Assembly: GCA_040772365.1 (NCBI GenBank)
Contig: JAXGYI010000005.1
Coordinates: 5,132 to 69,131, forward strand
Source of the DNA: Candidatus Moraniibacteriota bacterium
GTDB lineage: Bacteria; Patescibacteriota; Minisyncoccia; Moranbacterales; GCA-2747515
Length of the DNA stretch: 64,000 nt
Direction: 5' to 3'
The position numbers were made by a program, and so were the translations under genes. This document shows positions 1 through 9,510 of this stretch, piece after piece. How positions within the stretch are numbered: the first letter of the stretch is position 1; each line of letters opens with the position of its first letter. The notes below the pieces were generated by a model, which saw nothing but the letters and a program-made list of their open reading frames with translations, made no database searches and was not told the origin of the DNA.

Positions 1-567
1 CTGCAGTTGCGCGATCGGGTTTTTCCTTGAAGGCCCTTGCATGAAAAACAGGTTTTTTGTAGCGATTTGCAAGGGCACGGCCCATGTGAATATAGCCTAA
101 CTCGGTACTGGGCTCCGTGGGCGTAATGCCAATCAAGCCAAATTTTTGTGGATGATCCGCAAGGACGTCAAAGGCTGTCTGTACGGCAAGGGTATATGCG
201 TCGGGATTGCGTATAGCATGATCAGATGCTGTAGTGGCAATAATGGCGTCGGGATCTGCAGTAGCAATAGTTGCTGTGGCTAGTGCAATTGCTGGCGCTG
301 TGTCACGTCCACATGGTTCAACGAGGATGTTTTGCGGGGGGAGATCTGGTAACTGCGTACGTACAGTGTCAGTGTAATGTTCTGTTGTTGCAACAAAAAG
401 ATGTGTAGGGTCTGCAATAAGTGGTAGTACGCGGTTGTAGGTTTCTTGGAGAAGTGTATGGTGCGGACTGGTGAGTTTTTGAAATTGCTTGGGGTATGCT
501 TTGCGTGAGAGTGGCCAGAGACGTGTTCCGCTACCTCCTGCCATAATGACAATATAGTGGTGGTCCA
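1..567 (-). CDS. manC: Mannose-1-phosphate guanylyltransferase (sugar nucleotidyltransferase), N-terminal part; the 3' end runs off the window
   Basis: Minus-strand translation from the ATG at 565-567 reads MDHHYIVIMAGGSGTRLWPLSRKAYPKQFQKL..., the G-x-G-T-R-L nucleotidyltransferase signature typical of ManC/GMP. The frame stays open to position 1. This ORF is missing from the supplied ORF track because it is edge-truncated. Confidence 0.7.
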
Positions 568-694
568 TAGTACGTAATTAATGATATAAAAATGATACTC
601 TTCTCTATTTAGTATAGCGGAAAAAGAAAATATGATACAATAGAATTGTGATGCGGAACTTTTCCGTCAAGGTAATTCAGTAAATAGAGATTGT

Positions 695-1909
695 ATGACA
701 GCAGAGGATACGCAGCAGTTTGCAGCACGTAAGCCACGACGTGCCACACGTGTTGTTGCAGTGGGGAGTGTTGGTATTGGTGGTGATGAGCCAGTGCGCG
801 TGCAGACAATGACAAATACAGATACACTAGACCGTGACGCAACACTAGCGCAGATCTTGCGGTGTGTGCATGCAGGTGCGGAGATTCTGCGCGTGACAAC
901 GCCAACGGTGAAGCATGTGCGTGCCTTGGGCGATATTAAAAATCTTTTAAAAACACAACATCAGTGCACAGTACCGATTGTTGCAGACATTCACTTTGAT
1001 CGTGCTGCGGCATTTGCTGCACTGGAAGTTGCAGATAAGGTACGACTGAATCCTGGTAATCTCTTGGATGCACGCGGTGATATGGGCAACACAGTGCTAT
1101 CGGATGCTGCCTATGCAGCAGAACTTACGCGCATTGCAGAAGGTTTGCAGCCGTTTATTGCGAAGCTCCATGAAACGCAGACTCCGATTCGTATTGGTGC
1201 GAACTGGGGTTCGCTATCAGGGCGTATCTTAGGGCGCTACGGCAATACGGCGCGTGGTCTTGTAGAAAGTGTAATGGAGTATCTACGTGTTTTTCAGAAA
1301 AGTGATTACCACAATATCGTTGTAGCAATTAAAGCATCAGATCCATTAGCGATGATTGAGGCAAATCGCCTTCTAGTCCATGCTATGGATGCAGAGGGGA
1401 TGGACTATCCGCTGCATCTTGGTGTAACAGAGGCTGGCAGTGAAGAGGATGGGCGGGCAAAATCCACTCTCGGGATTGGCACGCTGCTTTTAGAGGGTAT
1501 TGGTGATACACTACGCGTATCGCTTACTGAGCCACCGGAAGATGAGATTCCTGTGTGTTTTACGATTTTACAAGCAACGCAGCGTCGTATCACAAAAGCG
1601 GAGTTTATCTCCTGTCCATCGTGCGGACGTACACTCTTTGATATTGCCGCTGTCACAAAAACTATTAAAGCGCGCCTTGGACATCTCACGGGCGTGAAAA
1701 TTGCCGTAATGGGATGCATCGTAAATGGACCTGGAGAGATGGCGGATGCAGACTTTGGCTATGTTGGTGGTGCACCGGGAAAAATTACACTGTACTGTAA
1801 CCGCAAAGTTGTTGCGCACAATATTCCTGAAGAGGAGGCTCTTGATGCACTTGTTGCATTGATCAAAGAAAAGGGGAAGTGGACGGATCCTACAGAGGTG
1901 TTGTCGTAG
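695..1909 (+). CDS. ispG: 4-hydroxy-3-methylbut-2-enyl diphosphate synthase (MEP pathway)
   Basis: 404 aa with the GcpE/IspG motifs VRVQTMTNT, VADIHFD, HLGVTEAG and the C-terminal CPSCGR...GCIVNGPGE Fe-S cysteines. Confidence 0.9.
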   Translation: MTAEDTQQFAARKPRRATRVVAVGSVGIGGDEPVRVQTMTNTDTLDRDATLAQILRCVHAGAEILRVTTPTVKHVRALGDIKNLLKTQHQCTVPIVADIHFDRAAAFAALEVADKVRLNPGNLLDARGDMGNTVLSDAAYAAELTRIAEGLQPFIAKLHETQTPIRIGANWGSLSGRILGRYGNTARGLVESVMEYLRVFQKSDYHNIVVAIKASDPLAMIEANRLLVHAMDAEGMDYPLHLGVTEAGSEEDGRAKSTLGIGTLLLEGIGDTLRVSLTEPPEDEIPVCFTILQATQRRITKAEFISCPSCGRTLFDIAAVTKTIKARLGHLTGVKIAVMGCIVNGPGEMADADFGYVGGAPGKITLYCNRKVVAHNIPEEEALDALVALIKEKGKWTDPTEVLS

Positions 1910-1998
1910 CGCATAGTATGCGCATGTCATTTTTTTGATAGATAACATGTGGTATACTACCTTTAGAAGAAGTCACTCTTAAACAAAAAGACAACCCT

Positions 1999-2577
1999 AT
2001 GAAACATCGTTTGTTGATTGCTAGCCTGCTACTGCTGACTGCAGCATCTATTGGTGCAGTAGTGTGGTATGCGCTACGCATGGATGATGCGCCGATGCCT
2101 GTTGCTGTCACAGAATATAATATTCCTGATATGTGGCGCACGTATACTAGTACAAAATATGACTTTATTTTCCGTTATCCAGACAACGTCGTTGTCGACG
2201 CTTCGCAGACAACAGCAGATAAGATCGTGCTGCTGCTGGGTGGAGATTTTTCCGGGCGTCTTGCATACGAACTGGTAATGCAGAAAAATACCGGTATTAC
2301 ACTTGATGATGCGGTGCAAACGGAGCCGGACATTGCGGCATTTGTAAAGTATCACCCGGCAGACGTGGATGTGGAAATCATCATGGCAGATGGTGTTCGC
2401 GGTAAGAAATACTCTTTGCGCAATACCAGTGGCTATGCTAATACATTTGCATTTTTTGTCACAAGGGGTGATGTCATACGTATTGCTGGTAATGTGATTG
2501 ATGAAGATTCGCGACGCGAGTTTGATATGGTGCTCTCTAGCTTTCTTTTCAATCAAGAAGTGAACGTACAGTTCTAA
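1999..2577 (+). CDS. Hypothetical membrane-anchored or secreted protein
   Basis: 192 aa. N-terminal hydrophobic signal/anchor (MKHRLLIASLLLLTAASIGAVVWYAL) followed by a hydrophilic ~160-aa domain. No family recognised. Confidence 0.45.
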   Translation: MKHRLLIASLLLLTAASIGAVVWYALRMDDAPMPVAVTEYNIPDMWRTYTSTKYDFIFRYPDNVVVDASQTTADKIVLLLGGDFSGRLAYELVMQKNTGITLDDAVQTEPDIAAFVKYHPADVDVEIIMADGVRGKKYSLRNTSGYANTFAFFVTRGDVIRIAGNVIDEDSRREFDMVLSSFLFNQEVNVQF

Positions 2578-2627
2578 TTTCTGTACGATGCAGCGGATGC
2601 GCGATAGGTCTTTTCTATAGCCTTTGT

Positions 2628-2927
2628 CTACAGCAGACCAGTTTCCATTTTTGCTGCATCAGTCATCATGTCTGGTGTCCACGGCGGATCAAATGTGAGG
2701 GTGACTGTAACAGATGTGGCACCATTGTCGGTCAGTGTGCGGACAATGTCATCGTGGATCACATCATAGAGCGGACAGCCAATTGTGGTGAGTGTCATTG
2801 TTACATGTACTGTTCCGTGGTCATCTTTTTCAATGCCATAGACAAGCCCCATGTCGGTAATGGGAATGCCAAGCTCAGGGTCAATGACGGTATCTAATTG
2901 TGTGAGAAGTGTAGAATCTTTTTTCAT
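2628..2927 (-). CDS. sufT: Fe-S cluster assembly protein, DUF59/SufT (MIP18) family
   Basis: 99 aa with LDTVIDPELGIPITDMGLVYGI...TLTTIGCPL, typical of DUF59/SufT. It overlaps the upstream sufU stop by 4 nt, consistent with a translationally coupled operon. Confidence 0.7.
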   Translation of the reverse strand: MKKDSTLLTQLDTVIDPELGIPITDMGLVYGIEKDDHGTVHVTMTLTTIGCPLYDVIHDDIVRTLTDNGATSVTVTLTFDPPWTPDMMTDAAKMETGLL

Positions 2928-3301
2928 GGTGTTTGTGATGTGGTGTGTAGTGCCTTATGTAATGTCTCCAGACCCAGGAGAGCACAGCGTATGCGTCCGA
3001 CACCAACAGCAACGCCTAGCAGTGCCAGCATGTCATCTCGTGTGAGTGACTGGACATCTGTGACGGTTTTGCCGCGTACGTGTTCTGTGAGAAGTGATGC
3101 CGCTGCTTGAGAAATGGCACAGCCTACGCCGTCAAAGGCAATGTCGTGGATGGTGCGTGCGTCATCAATAATGAGTGTGATGCAGATATTGTCACCACAA
3201 GAGTGATTGACAGCGCAATGACGATGTGTTGGTGCGGTCAATATGCCACGGTTGCGCGGGTTGTGGTAGTGGTCCAAGATGACATCGTGATACAAATCCA
3301 T
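2924..3301 (-). CDS. sufU: NifU-like Fe-S scaffold protein (SufU/IscU type)
   Basis: 125 aa. HYHNPRN, CGD, GVGCAIS and a third Cys in IRCALLGLE give the IscU/SufU three-Cys scaffold pattern. Confidence 0.7.
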   Translation of the reverse strand: MDLYHDVILDHYHNPRNRGILTAPTHRHCAVNHSCGDNICITLIIDDARTIHDIAFDGVGCAISQAAASLLTEHVRGKTVTDVQSLTRDDMLALLGVAVGVGRIRCALLGLETLHKALHTTSQTP

Positions 3302-3313
3302 AGATATATCATG

Positions 3314-4543
3314 TTATGTGGCGAGGATGTCGCGCGCAATGACGAGTCCGTGTATTAATGCGTCAATGTCGCGATCTGTATTGTACATACCGAAACTCAC
3401 ACGGAGTGTAGCAGGGATGCGTAGTGATTCTAGATGTAAAGGCATTGTGCAGTGCTGTCCGGCACGCACAGCAACGTGTTTTTGTGTATCCAGAATTGTT
3501 GCGAGGTCGTGTGGGTGACAGTGGTCTAGTGTGAAACTGATAATATTACTGCGCAGAGCGGTATCGGTAGGGCCGTAGATATGCACGGCGTTGCCGAATG
3601 TTTCATGAAGACGCGCAATGCAGGTCTGCGCAAGAGTGCGTTCATGTGTAGCAATGGCGGCACGGTCTTGTGTGGTGATATAATCCACTGCAGCACCAGC
3701 CGCCATGATGCCGGCAATATGAGGCGTCCCACCCTCTAAGCGATGGGGAAGGTCGGCATATGACGTTGCAGATGTAGAGACGGTGGTGATCATTTCTCCG
3801 CCAACAATGAGCGGCTCCAGTTGTTCCAGAGCGACGCGTTTGCCAGCGAGAATGCCGATACCTGTGGGACCGTAGAGCTTGTGCAGGGAAAAGGCGATGA
3901 TGTCGCAGTCTATTTGCGAGAGATCGATCGGTATGTGAGCAACAGCCTGTGCTGCATCAATGACGATTAGTGTGGAGGGATTTTTTTTGCGGATCGCGCG
4001 AATGATTTTTTTTAGAGGATTGATGCTACCGAGTGTGTTGGAGACATACGTGAGGGCAATGAGTGCCGTTTGGGTGTCAATATGTGCGAGGAGTTGCGCT
4101 GTGTCAATAATGCCGTCATCGGTGAGTGGTGCGACGCGAAAATTTGCGTCGGTTTGTGTACACAGACGTTGCCATGGGATAAAGTTGGCGTGGTGCTCCA
4201 TAATTGTAGTAACGACATTGTGGTGTTGTGTGATGTGTGGTAGCATGCCGGTGGCAACCATATTGAGGCTCATAGTGGTACCGGATGTGAAAATAACACA
4301 AGCAGGATCAGTGATGCCAATGAATGCAGCGATGCGTTCACGAGCGCTTGCACAAGCCGTTGTAACTTCCGTGCTTGTGCGATAAAGTCCGCGCGCGACA
4401 TTTGCATTAAATGTGGTATAATATGCGCACGTTGCGTCAATCACTGATTGGGGTGTTAGTGCAGTTGCTGCGGTATCTAAGTATACCAACTCCGGGTGAG
4501 TGGTGAGCATGGGGAAGTCTTTTGTAACTGCATATGGATCCAT
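3314..4543 (-). CDS. sufS: Cysteine desulfurase, SufS type
   Basis: 409 aa class-V aminotransferase fold with the PLP-lysine region SLHKLYGPTGIGIL and the catalytic-Cys region GQHCTMP. First gene of the sufS-sufU-sufT operon on the minus strand. Confidence 0.85.
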   Translation of the reverse strand: MDPYAVTKDFPMLTTHPELVYLDTAATALTPQSVIDATCAYYTTFNANVARGLYRTSTEVTTACASARERIAAFIGITDPACVIFTSGTTMSLNMVATGMLPHITQHHNVVTTIMEHHANFIPWQRLCTQTDANFRVAPLTDDGIIDTAQLLAHIDTQTALIALTYVSNTLGSINPLKKIIRAIRKKNPSTLIVIDAAQAVAHIPIDLSQIDCDIIAFSLHKLYGPTGIGILAGKRVALEQLEPLIVGGEMITTVSTSATSYADLPHRLEGGTPHIAGIMAAGAAVDYITTQDRAAIATHERTLAQTCIARLHETFGNAVHIYGPTDTALRSNIISFTLDHCHPHDLATILDTQKHVAVRAGQHCTMPLHLESLRIPATLRVSFGMYNTDRDIDALIHGLVIARDILAT

Positions 4544-4600
4544 ACTCTGTACTGTATTTTATTCGACGGGAAAAGTCAAAGTAGATCGTAATGATGTCGT

Positions 4601-6475
4601 ATGATGACACAGCAAGGTGATACAACTCAGAAGGAATATCCACTACTGACAACAATTCAATCACCGGAGGATGTGCGGGCGCTGTCACAGGATCAGTTAA
4701 CACGTTTATGTGACGAGGTGCGGCAGTTTTTGATTGCGTCAGTAGCACGGACAGGTGGGCACTTCGGATCAAATCTAGGGGTTGTGGAATTAACGGTTGC
4801 ACTGCATCGTGTATTTCATACACCGCATGATGATCTTGTGTGGGATGTAGGACATCAAGCCTATCCACATAAAATTTTGACGGGGCGGCGCGATCGCATG
4901 CATACTATTCGTACATATGGTGGGCTGTCACCGTTTCCCAAGCGTGCAGAAAGTATCTTTGATGCATTTGATGTCGGGCACTCATCAACATCAATTAGTG
5001 CGGCACTTGGTATGGCACTTAGTGATAGAGATAAAAAACATCACCATGTCGCAGTGATTGGCGATGGGGCGCTGACGGGTGGCATGGCTTATGAGGCACT
5101 CAATCACGCAGGTGATGTTGATGCTAATCTTTTGGTAATTCTCAATGATAATGAGATGTCCATCTCACCAAATGTGGGTGCAATGCATAACTATTTGACA
5201 CGTCTCATCTCATCACGACCTTTTACACGTCTGCGTCAAGGTGGAAAGAAGCTCCTCAAGGGATCGCACACGGTGCATGAGGTTGCGCGTCGTGCAGAGC
5301 TCTACGCGAAGGGCATGATTACACCGGGGACTCTTTTTGAAGAGCTGGGATTTGCATACTTTGGCCCGGTTGATGGGCATGATTTGGAAACACTCATTGC
5401 TGTTTTGGAGAATTTGCGCAAATTAGATGGTCCCCGGTTTTTGCATGTTGTCACTAAGAAGGGCTACGGATATAAATTTGCCGCAGATGATGCGACGTCA
5501 CTACATGCTGTTTCACCTTTTGATCCACGCACGGGACGCAAACACTCACGTCGTGAACAGCATCCGACATATACCGATGCATTTGGAACATGGATCTGTA
5601 ATGCTGCACGTAGTGATGTACGTGTCCATGCAATTACTCCAGCCATGTGTGAGGGATCGGGATTAGCAGTTTTTCGCAAGCGTTTTTCCAAGCGATATCA
5701 TGACGTGGGCATTGCAGAGCAGCACGCTGTAACACTAGCGGCTGGTCTTGCTGCTAAAGGATTGAAGCCTGTTGTATCTATATACTCTACATTTTTACAG
5801 CGCGCCTATGATCAGGTTATTCATGACGTTGCATTACAGAATCTTGATGTGACATTTGCTATTGATCGGGCGGGTGTCGTTGGTCCAGATGGTGCAACGC
5901 ATGCTGGGGTTTTTGATTATGCCTACTTGCGCTGCATCCCCAATATGACAGTAATGGCACCGGCAGATGTTACAGAGACGGCGTCGATGTTGACACTCGC
6001 ACTAGAATCACCGGGACCAGCAGCGGTGCGCTATCCACGTGATAGTGGCTTGGAGCGATTACGTGGTAATGTGGCACCTCTGAAAATAGGTAAGGCGGCG
6101 GTGATTAGCAAGGGATCCGTTGTTGCTATTCTTGCGTTTGGTGCAATGGTAGAGCGGTGCATGGTGGCAGCACAATCAACGGGCGCGACAATGGTGAATA
6201 TGCGTTTTATAAAACCACTTGATATCGGACTCCTCAAGCGTCTTGCCAAGACACATACGCATTTTATTACAGTGGAAGACCACGCTGCTACTGGTGGCGC
6301 TGGTAGTGCAGTTATGGAAAGCTGTGCACATCATCATATAGATGTGAAAATTACTGTCCTGGGTCTGCCGGATACATTCTTACCACATGGGTCGCGTGAT
6401 GATATTTTGGCGCAGGCGCAATTGTCGGAGCAGGCGATTGCTGACAAGGTGGCGACGTTGTTTGCGACAACATAA
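4601..6475 (+). CDS. dxs: 1-deoxy-D-xylulose-5-phosphate synthase
   Basis: 624 aa. ThDP-binding region GHSSTSISAALGMA, GDGALTGGMAYEALNHAG, then the transketolase-like pyrimidine and C-terminal domains. Confidence 0.9.
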   Translation: MMTQQGDTTQKEYPLLTTIQSPEDVRALSQDQLTRLCDEVRQFLIASVARTGGHFGSNLGVVELTVALHRVFHTPHDDLVWDVGHQAYPHKILTGRRDRMHTIRTYGGLSPFPKRAESIFDAFDVGHSSTSISAALGMALSDRDKKHHHVAVIGDGALTGGMAYEALNHAGDVDANLLVILNDNEMSISPNVGAMHNYLTRLISSRPFTRLRQGGKKLLKGSHTVHEVARRAELYAKGMITPGTLFEELGFAYFGPVDGHDLETLIAVLENLRKLDGPRFLHVVTKKGYGYKFAADDATSLHAVSPFDPRTGRKHSRREQHPTYTDAFGTWICNAARSDVRVHAITPAMCEGSGLAVFRKRFSKRYHDVGIAEQHAVTLAAGLAAKGLKPVVSIYSTFLQRAYDQVIHDVALQNLDVTFAIDRAGVVGPDGATHAGVFDYAYLRCIPNMTVMAPADVTETASMLTLALESPGPAAVRYPRDSGLERLRGNVAPLKIGKAAVISKGSVVAILAFGAMVERCMVAAQSTGATMVNMRFIKPLDIGLLKRLAKTHTHFITVEDHAATGGAGSAVMESCAHHHIDVKITVLGLPDTFLPHGSRDDILAQAQLSEQAIADKVATLFATT

Positions 6476-6482
6476 GAAATGT

Positions 6483-7043
6483 ATGATATCCGATTCACAG
6501 TCCATTACTGTTGATGATATCCCATATCCTCTCACAGTCAAAAAACAGGCTCGTCAAAAACATATGCGGATTATTATACATGCAGATGGATCTGTGGTTG
6601 TGTCTGTGCCACGTACTTACACACGCACAATGATTGCCTCATTTGTGCAGGAGCATCGCGCATGGATTTGCGCACAGCGTACTATGTTGTCACAGCGGAT
6701 GATCACAATTGATCCGTGTGTCGTACAGCATATGAAAAAAGTAGCACGTCGTATTGTAGAAGAGCGCATTGCACACTTTAATGCGTTCTATCAATTTCGT
6801 TACACTGCCATTCATATCCGCCATCAAAAAACGCGGTGGGGTAGCTGTAGTAGTGCTGGCGTGTTGAGTTTTAATTGTGCACTTGTCGCATTGCCACAGG
6901 ATCTGCGCGACTATATTATTGTGCACGAACTGTGTCATTTGTGGGAGATGAATCATGCACCGCGCTTTTGGGCACTTGTCGCGCAAACACTGCCCGACTA
7001 CAAAGAGCATCGTGCACGACTCCGGCGCGTACATTTTGTGTGA
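6483..7043 (+). CDS. YgjP-like metal-dependent hydrolase (DUF45/M48-like, HExxH)
   Basis: C-terminal IIVHELCHLWEMNHAPRFWALV zinc-binding motif of the YgjP/DUF45 family. The ORF-track start at 6387 overlaps dxs; the ATG at 6483 (MISDSQ...) sits just past the dxs stop and is preferred. Confidence 0.6.
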   Translation: MISDSQSITVDDIPYPLTVKKQARQKHMRIIIHADGSVVVSVPRTYTRTMIASFVQEHRAWICAQRTMLSQRMITIDPCVVQHMKKVARRIVEERIAHFNAFYQFRYTAIHIRHQKTRWGSCSSAGVLSFNCALVALPQDLRDYIIVHELCHLWEMNHAPRFWALVAQTLPDYKEHRARLRRVHFV

Positions 7044-7063
7044 TGAAGAAAGAGATCTGTCTG

Positions 7064-7147
7064 TGGGGATAGAGAGACTTGAACTCTCACAACATTGCTG
7101 TTACTAACACCTGAAGCTAGCGCGTCTACCAATTCCGCCATATCCCC
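7064..7147 (-). tRNA. tRNA-Leu (anticodon CAG), type II with a long variable arm
   Basis: Reverse complement folds as acceptor GGGGATA/TATCCCC, D-arm GCG-GAATTGGTAGA-CGC, anticodon stem CTAGC/GTTAG with loop TTCAGGT (anticodon CAG), a 15-nt variable arm, and T-arm GAGAG-TTCAAGT-CTCTC, ending in discriminator A. Confidence 0.8.
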
Positions 7148-7256
7148 ATACTACAAAGATTAGCGCAATTTTACGATTCTGTTAAGAGGGTTCTCTGCAC
7201 GTATCCTTGCGTCATGTGCCGTTTTTCTCTACAGTACAAGTAAATAGAGTATTTTT

Positions 7257-7772
7257 ATGATACAGCATAATATGTTTTCTCTTATATTGCATAATGTGCG
7301 TTCCGCATACAATGTTGGGGCGATTTTTCGCACGGCGGATGGTGCGGGCGTGAAGCATATTTATATCAGCGGATACACACCAACACCGCCAGACGGTTCA
7401 CGTCCATTTACGACAAAGCCGGAGCGCATGGTAATTAAGACAGCGCTCGGTGCGCAAGAAACGGTATCGTGGTCACAGCATGAAACATTTGAGGACGTGG
7501 TTGCGCTCTTACGTGCTGATGGTGTGCAGATTGTAGCATTGGAGCAGACACCGCAGAGTGTAGATTATCGTGTATACTATCCGAGTGGTCCAATGGCGGT
7601 AGTACTAGGCAATGAGCCTGCAGGCCTTGATCCAGAACATATAGCACTGTGTGACGCCGCAATTGAGATTCCTATGTACGGACAAAAAACGTCACTCAAT
7701 GTATCGGTTGCTGCTGGCATTGCGCTTTACGCATTACGTAGTGCTATAGAGAATGGCGCAGGAGAACCATAG
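7257..7772 (+). CDS. trmH: SpoU/TrmH-family RNA 2'-O-methyltransferase
   Basis: 171 aa SPOUT fold with NVGAIFRTADGAG and GNEPAGL...IPMYG...SLNVSVAAGIALY motifs. Confidence 0.8.
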   Translation: MIQHNMFSLILHNVRSAYNVGAIFRTADGAGVKHIYISGYTPTPPDGSRPFTTKPERMVIKTALGAQETVSWSQHETFEDVVALLRADGVQIVALEQTPQSVDYRVYYPSGPMAVVLGNEPAGLDPEHIALCDAAIEIPMYGQKTSLNVSVAAGIALYALRSAIENGAGEP

Positions 7773-8130
7773 GTGAATTTGTGTATGTGAGATCTGCTGC
7801 TATACTAAATGATGTGAGTATATATTCCTATTTTTCTATGGCACTCAATCAAAAATATAGCAACATGAACGAGTGGATCGGGAAGTGGCTCAAGCGCACG
7901 CTGTGGCTATGGCTTCCGATCCATGCGCTGTTTCGTCTCAGTGAAGATGTGATCGCGAAGCATACAAAGAAATAATGACAAACTGACGCATAAAAATAAT
8001 AATAATTGCTGCAGTAGTAAACATAAAAGATTTTTTGAAGATGTGGTGAGTGGGGTAGTGGCTGATCTTATTTGTTGCGTAGTGTATTATTGAATTATCT
8101 TCCATTTAGTCAATCATTAAATCATAAAAA

Positions 8131-8442
8131 ATGAAACTTAAAACCATGTCTATTATGACAATCACGTCAGTGGGGTTATTTTTGTTTGCGACGTGTTTTG
8201 TTAGTGGAAAAGATATTTATAGCCAAGAAGATATTGTTTTAATGAAAAACAATAAAGAGTCTTTTTTGAGTAAAAAAGAAAAACGGAAAGAAATCCAGCA
8301 AGCCCTCAAGAGGAAAAATGATAACATGCATTACAAGGCGAAAGAGGAATTGATTGAAAAGTCTTTTAAGTCTGATGCGATGATAGAGAGTGAAAAAGAA
8401 GCAAAGAACCTGGCTAATGTGAGGTATAAAAAAATTAAATAA
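8131..8442 (+). CDS. Small secreted Lys/Glu-rich protein (hypothetical)
   Basis: 103 aa with a signal-peptide-like N-terminus and a highly charged K/E-rich remainder. It sits in a low-GC island and has no clear SD. Confidence 0.35.
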   Translation: MKLKTMSIMTITSVGLFLFATCFVSGKDIYSQEDIVLMKNNKESFLSKKEKRKEIQQALKRKNDNMHYKAKEELIEKSFKSDAMIESEKEAKNLANVRYKKIK

Positions 8443-8448
8443 AGGGAC

Positions 8449-9492
8449 ATGAGGTTTATAAGAACAGAAGTGGCGCGTAGTTTTTTTGCACATGGCGCAA
8501 AAAGTCTTTTCATGAGCTTTTTCATGTTGTTGGGCGTCAATGCTTTTGCATATTCCACTTCAGAACTGATAATAAACGGTGATTTTGAAATGGATGATAA
8601 ATTTTGGACAGGAGACACGTATTCAATTATTCAAGATAATGAGATTGATGGCGACTACTTTGCTTATATGGGAAGCGCAGGTGAGGATGAAATGATGATG
8701 CAGGAAAATATTGTCATTCCCGGAGAGGCTACCAAAGCGACATTGTCTTTTGACTATTTTTATTGGGACGATGAAAATTCAGTGGATGGTTTTGGCGCGG
8801 TCGCGCTATTTGACCATTACAATCATGATAATATTTTGAAGGTGATCTTTTTTTCTAATGAGGATGATACAGGGTTGGATATTTATCATGGATCAATTGA
8901 TATTACTGCACTGAAGGGCAAGAGTGTGGATGTGGTTCTGAGTGTGTTAAATGCAGGTTGTACGGTTGGATCGTGCGACAACAATCTGGGAATTGATAAT
9001 ATCAGTATTCAGGTGGAAATACCGCTGTCCGCTCCAATTGCTATTTACCGTTTTTATTCCGAAAAATTCCAAACTCACTTCTACACGATCAGTGAAGTGG
9101 AAAGAAATCATATTATTAAATCGTATCCTACCAACGAATGGAGCTACGAAGGACAGGCTTATAAAGCTCACCGCATGGTGGGACAAAATCTCACCCCCAT
9201 CTATCGCTTTTGGTCCAACACTAAATCAAAACACTTTTATACGATAAGTAAAGCGGAAAAAGAATATATTGAATCCGGCGCTTATCCGGAAGCTCAATGG
9301 ACATATGAGGGTATTGCCTGGTATGCTGGCAACCAACAAACTCCGGATACTACACCGCTTTATCGTTTCTACTCTCAAGACCATCAAGCACATTTCTACA
9401 CACTCAGTAAAACGGAAAAAGAATATATCCAAAAAACCTATCCCGTCCACATATGGAACTATGAGGGCATCTCGTATTACGTTACTAGATAG
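8449..9492 (+). CDS. Secreted protein with an N-terminal CBM4/9-like carbohydrate-binding jelly-roll domain and three C-terminal ~45-aa tandem repeats
   Basis: Signal peptide, then an NGDFE...W-type CBM-like domain. The repeat YRF[YW]S..HFYT[IL]S..E...I...YP...W.YEG[IQ][AS].Y occurs three times at aa ~196-347. Confidence 0.6.
   Translation: MRFIRTEVARSFFAHGAKSLFMSFFMLLGVNAFAYSTSELIINGDFEMDDKFWTGDTYSIIQDNEIDGDYFAYMGSAGEDEMMMQENIVIPGEATKATLSFDYFYWDDENSVDGFGAVALFDHYNHDNILKVIFFSNEDDTGLDIYHGSIDITALKGKSVDVVLSVLNAGCTVGSCDNNLGIDNISIQVEIPLSAPIAIYRFYSEKFQTHFYTISEVERNHIIKSYPTNEWSYEGQAYKAHRMVGQNLTPIYRFWSNTKSKHFYTISKAEKEYIESGAYPEAQWTYEGIAWYAGNQQTPDTTPLYRFYSQDHQAHFYTLSKTEKEYIQKTYPVHIWNYEGISYYVTR
9034..9489 (+). 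repeat. Three tandem coding repeats (~135 nt each) inside the 8449-9492 gene
   Basis: Peptide repeats IYRFYSEKFQTHFYTISEVERNHIIKSYPTNEWSYEGQAYKA, IYRFWSNTKSKHFYTISKAEKEYIESGAYPEAQWTYEGIAWYA and LYRFYSQDHQAHFYTLSKTEKEYIQKTYPVHIWNYEGISYYV. Confidence 0.7.
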
Positions 9493-9510
9493 GGATCTTT
9501 TTTGTGAGCA

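Noticed and set aside
280-905. ORF-track entries 280-552(-) and 609-905(-)
   Set aside because: 280-552 is out of frame with the clearly conserved manC reading frame (MDHHYIVIMAGGSGTRLWPLS...) on the same strand. 609-905 is antisense to the ispG start. Both are spurious.
6387-6482. ORF-track start at 6387 for the YgjP-like gene, overlapping the last 89 nt of dxs
   Set aside because: The overlapping segment is Arg-rich junk (MGRVMIFWRRRNCRSRRLL...). The ATG at 6483 right after the dxs stop gives a clean start (MISDSQSITV...).
7781-7975. 64-aa ORF in the AT-rich leader of the low-GC island
   Set aside because: GTG start with no SD, hydrophobic and low complexity, in a region that looks like a promoter or leader. 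Insufficient evidence for a gene.
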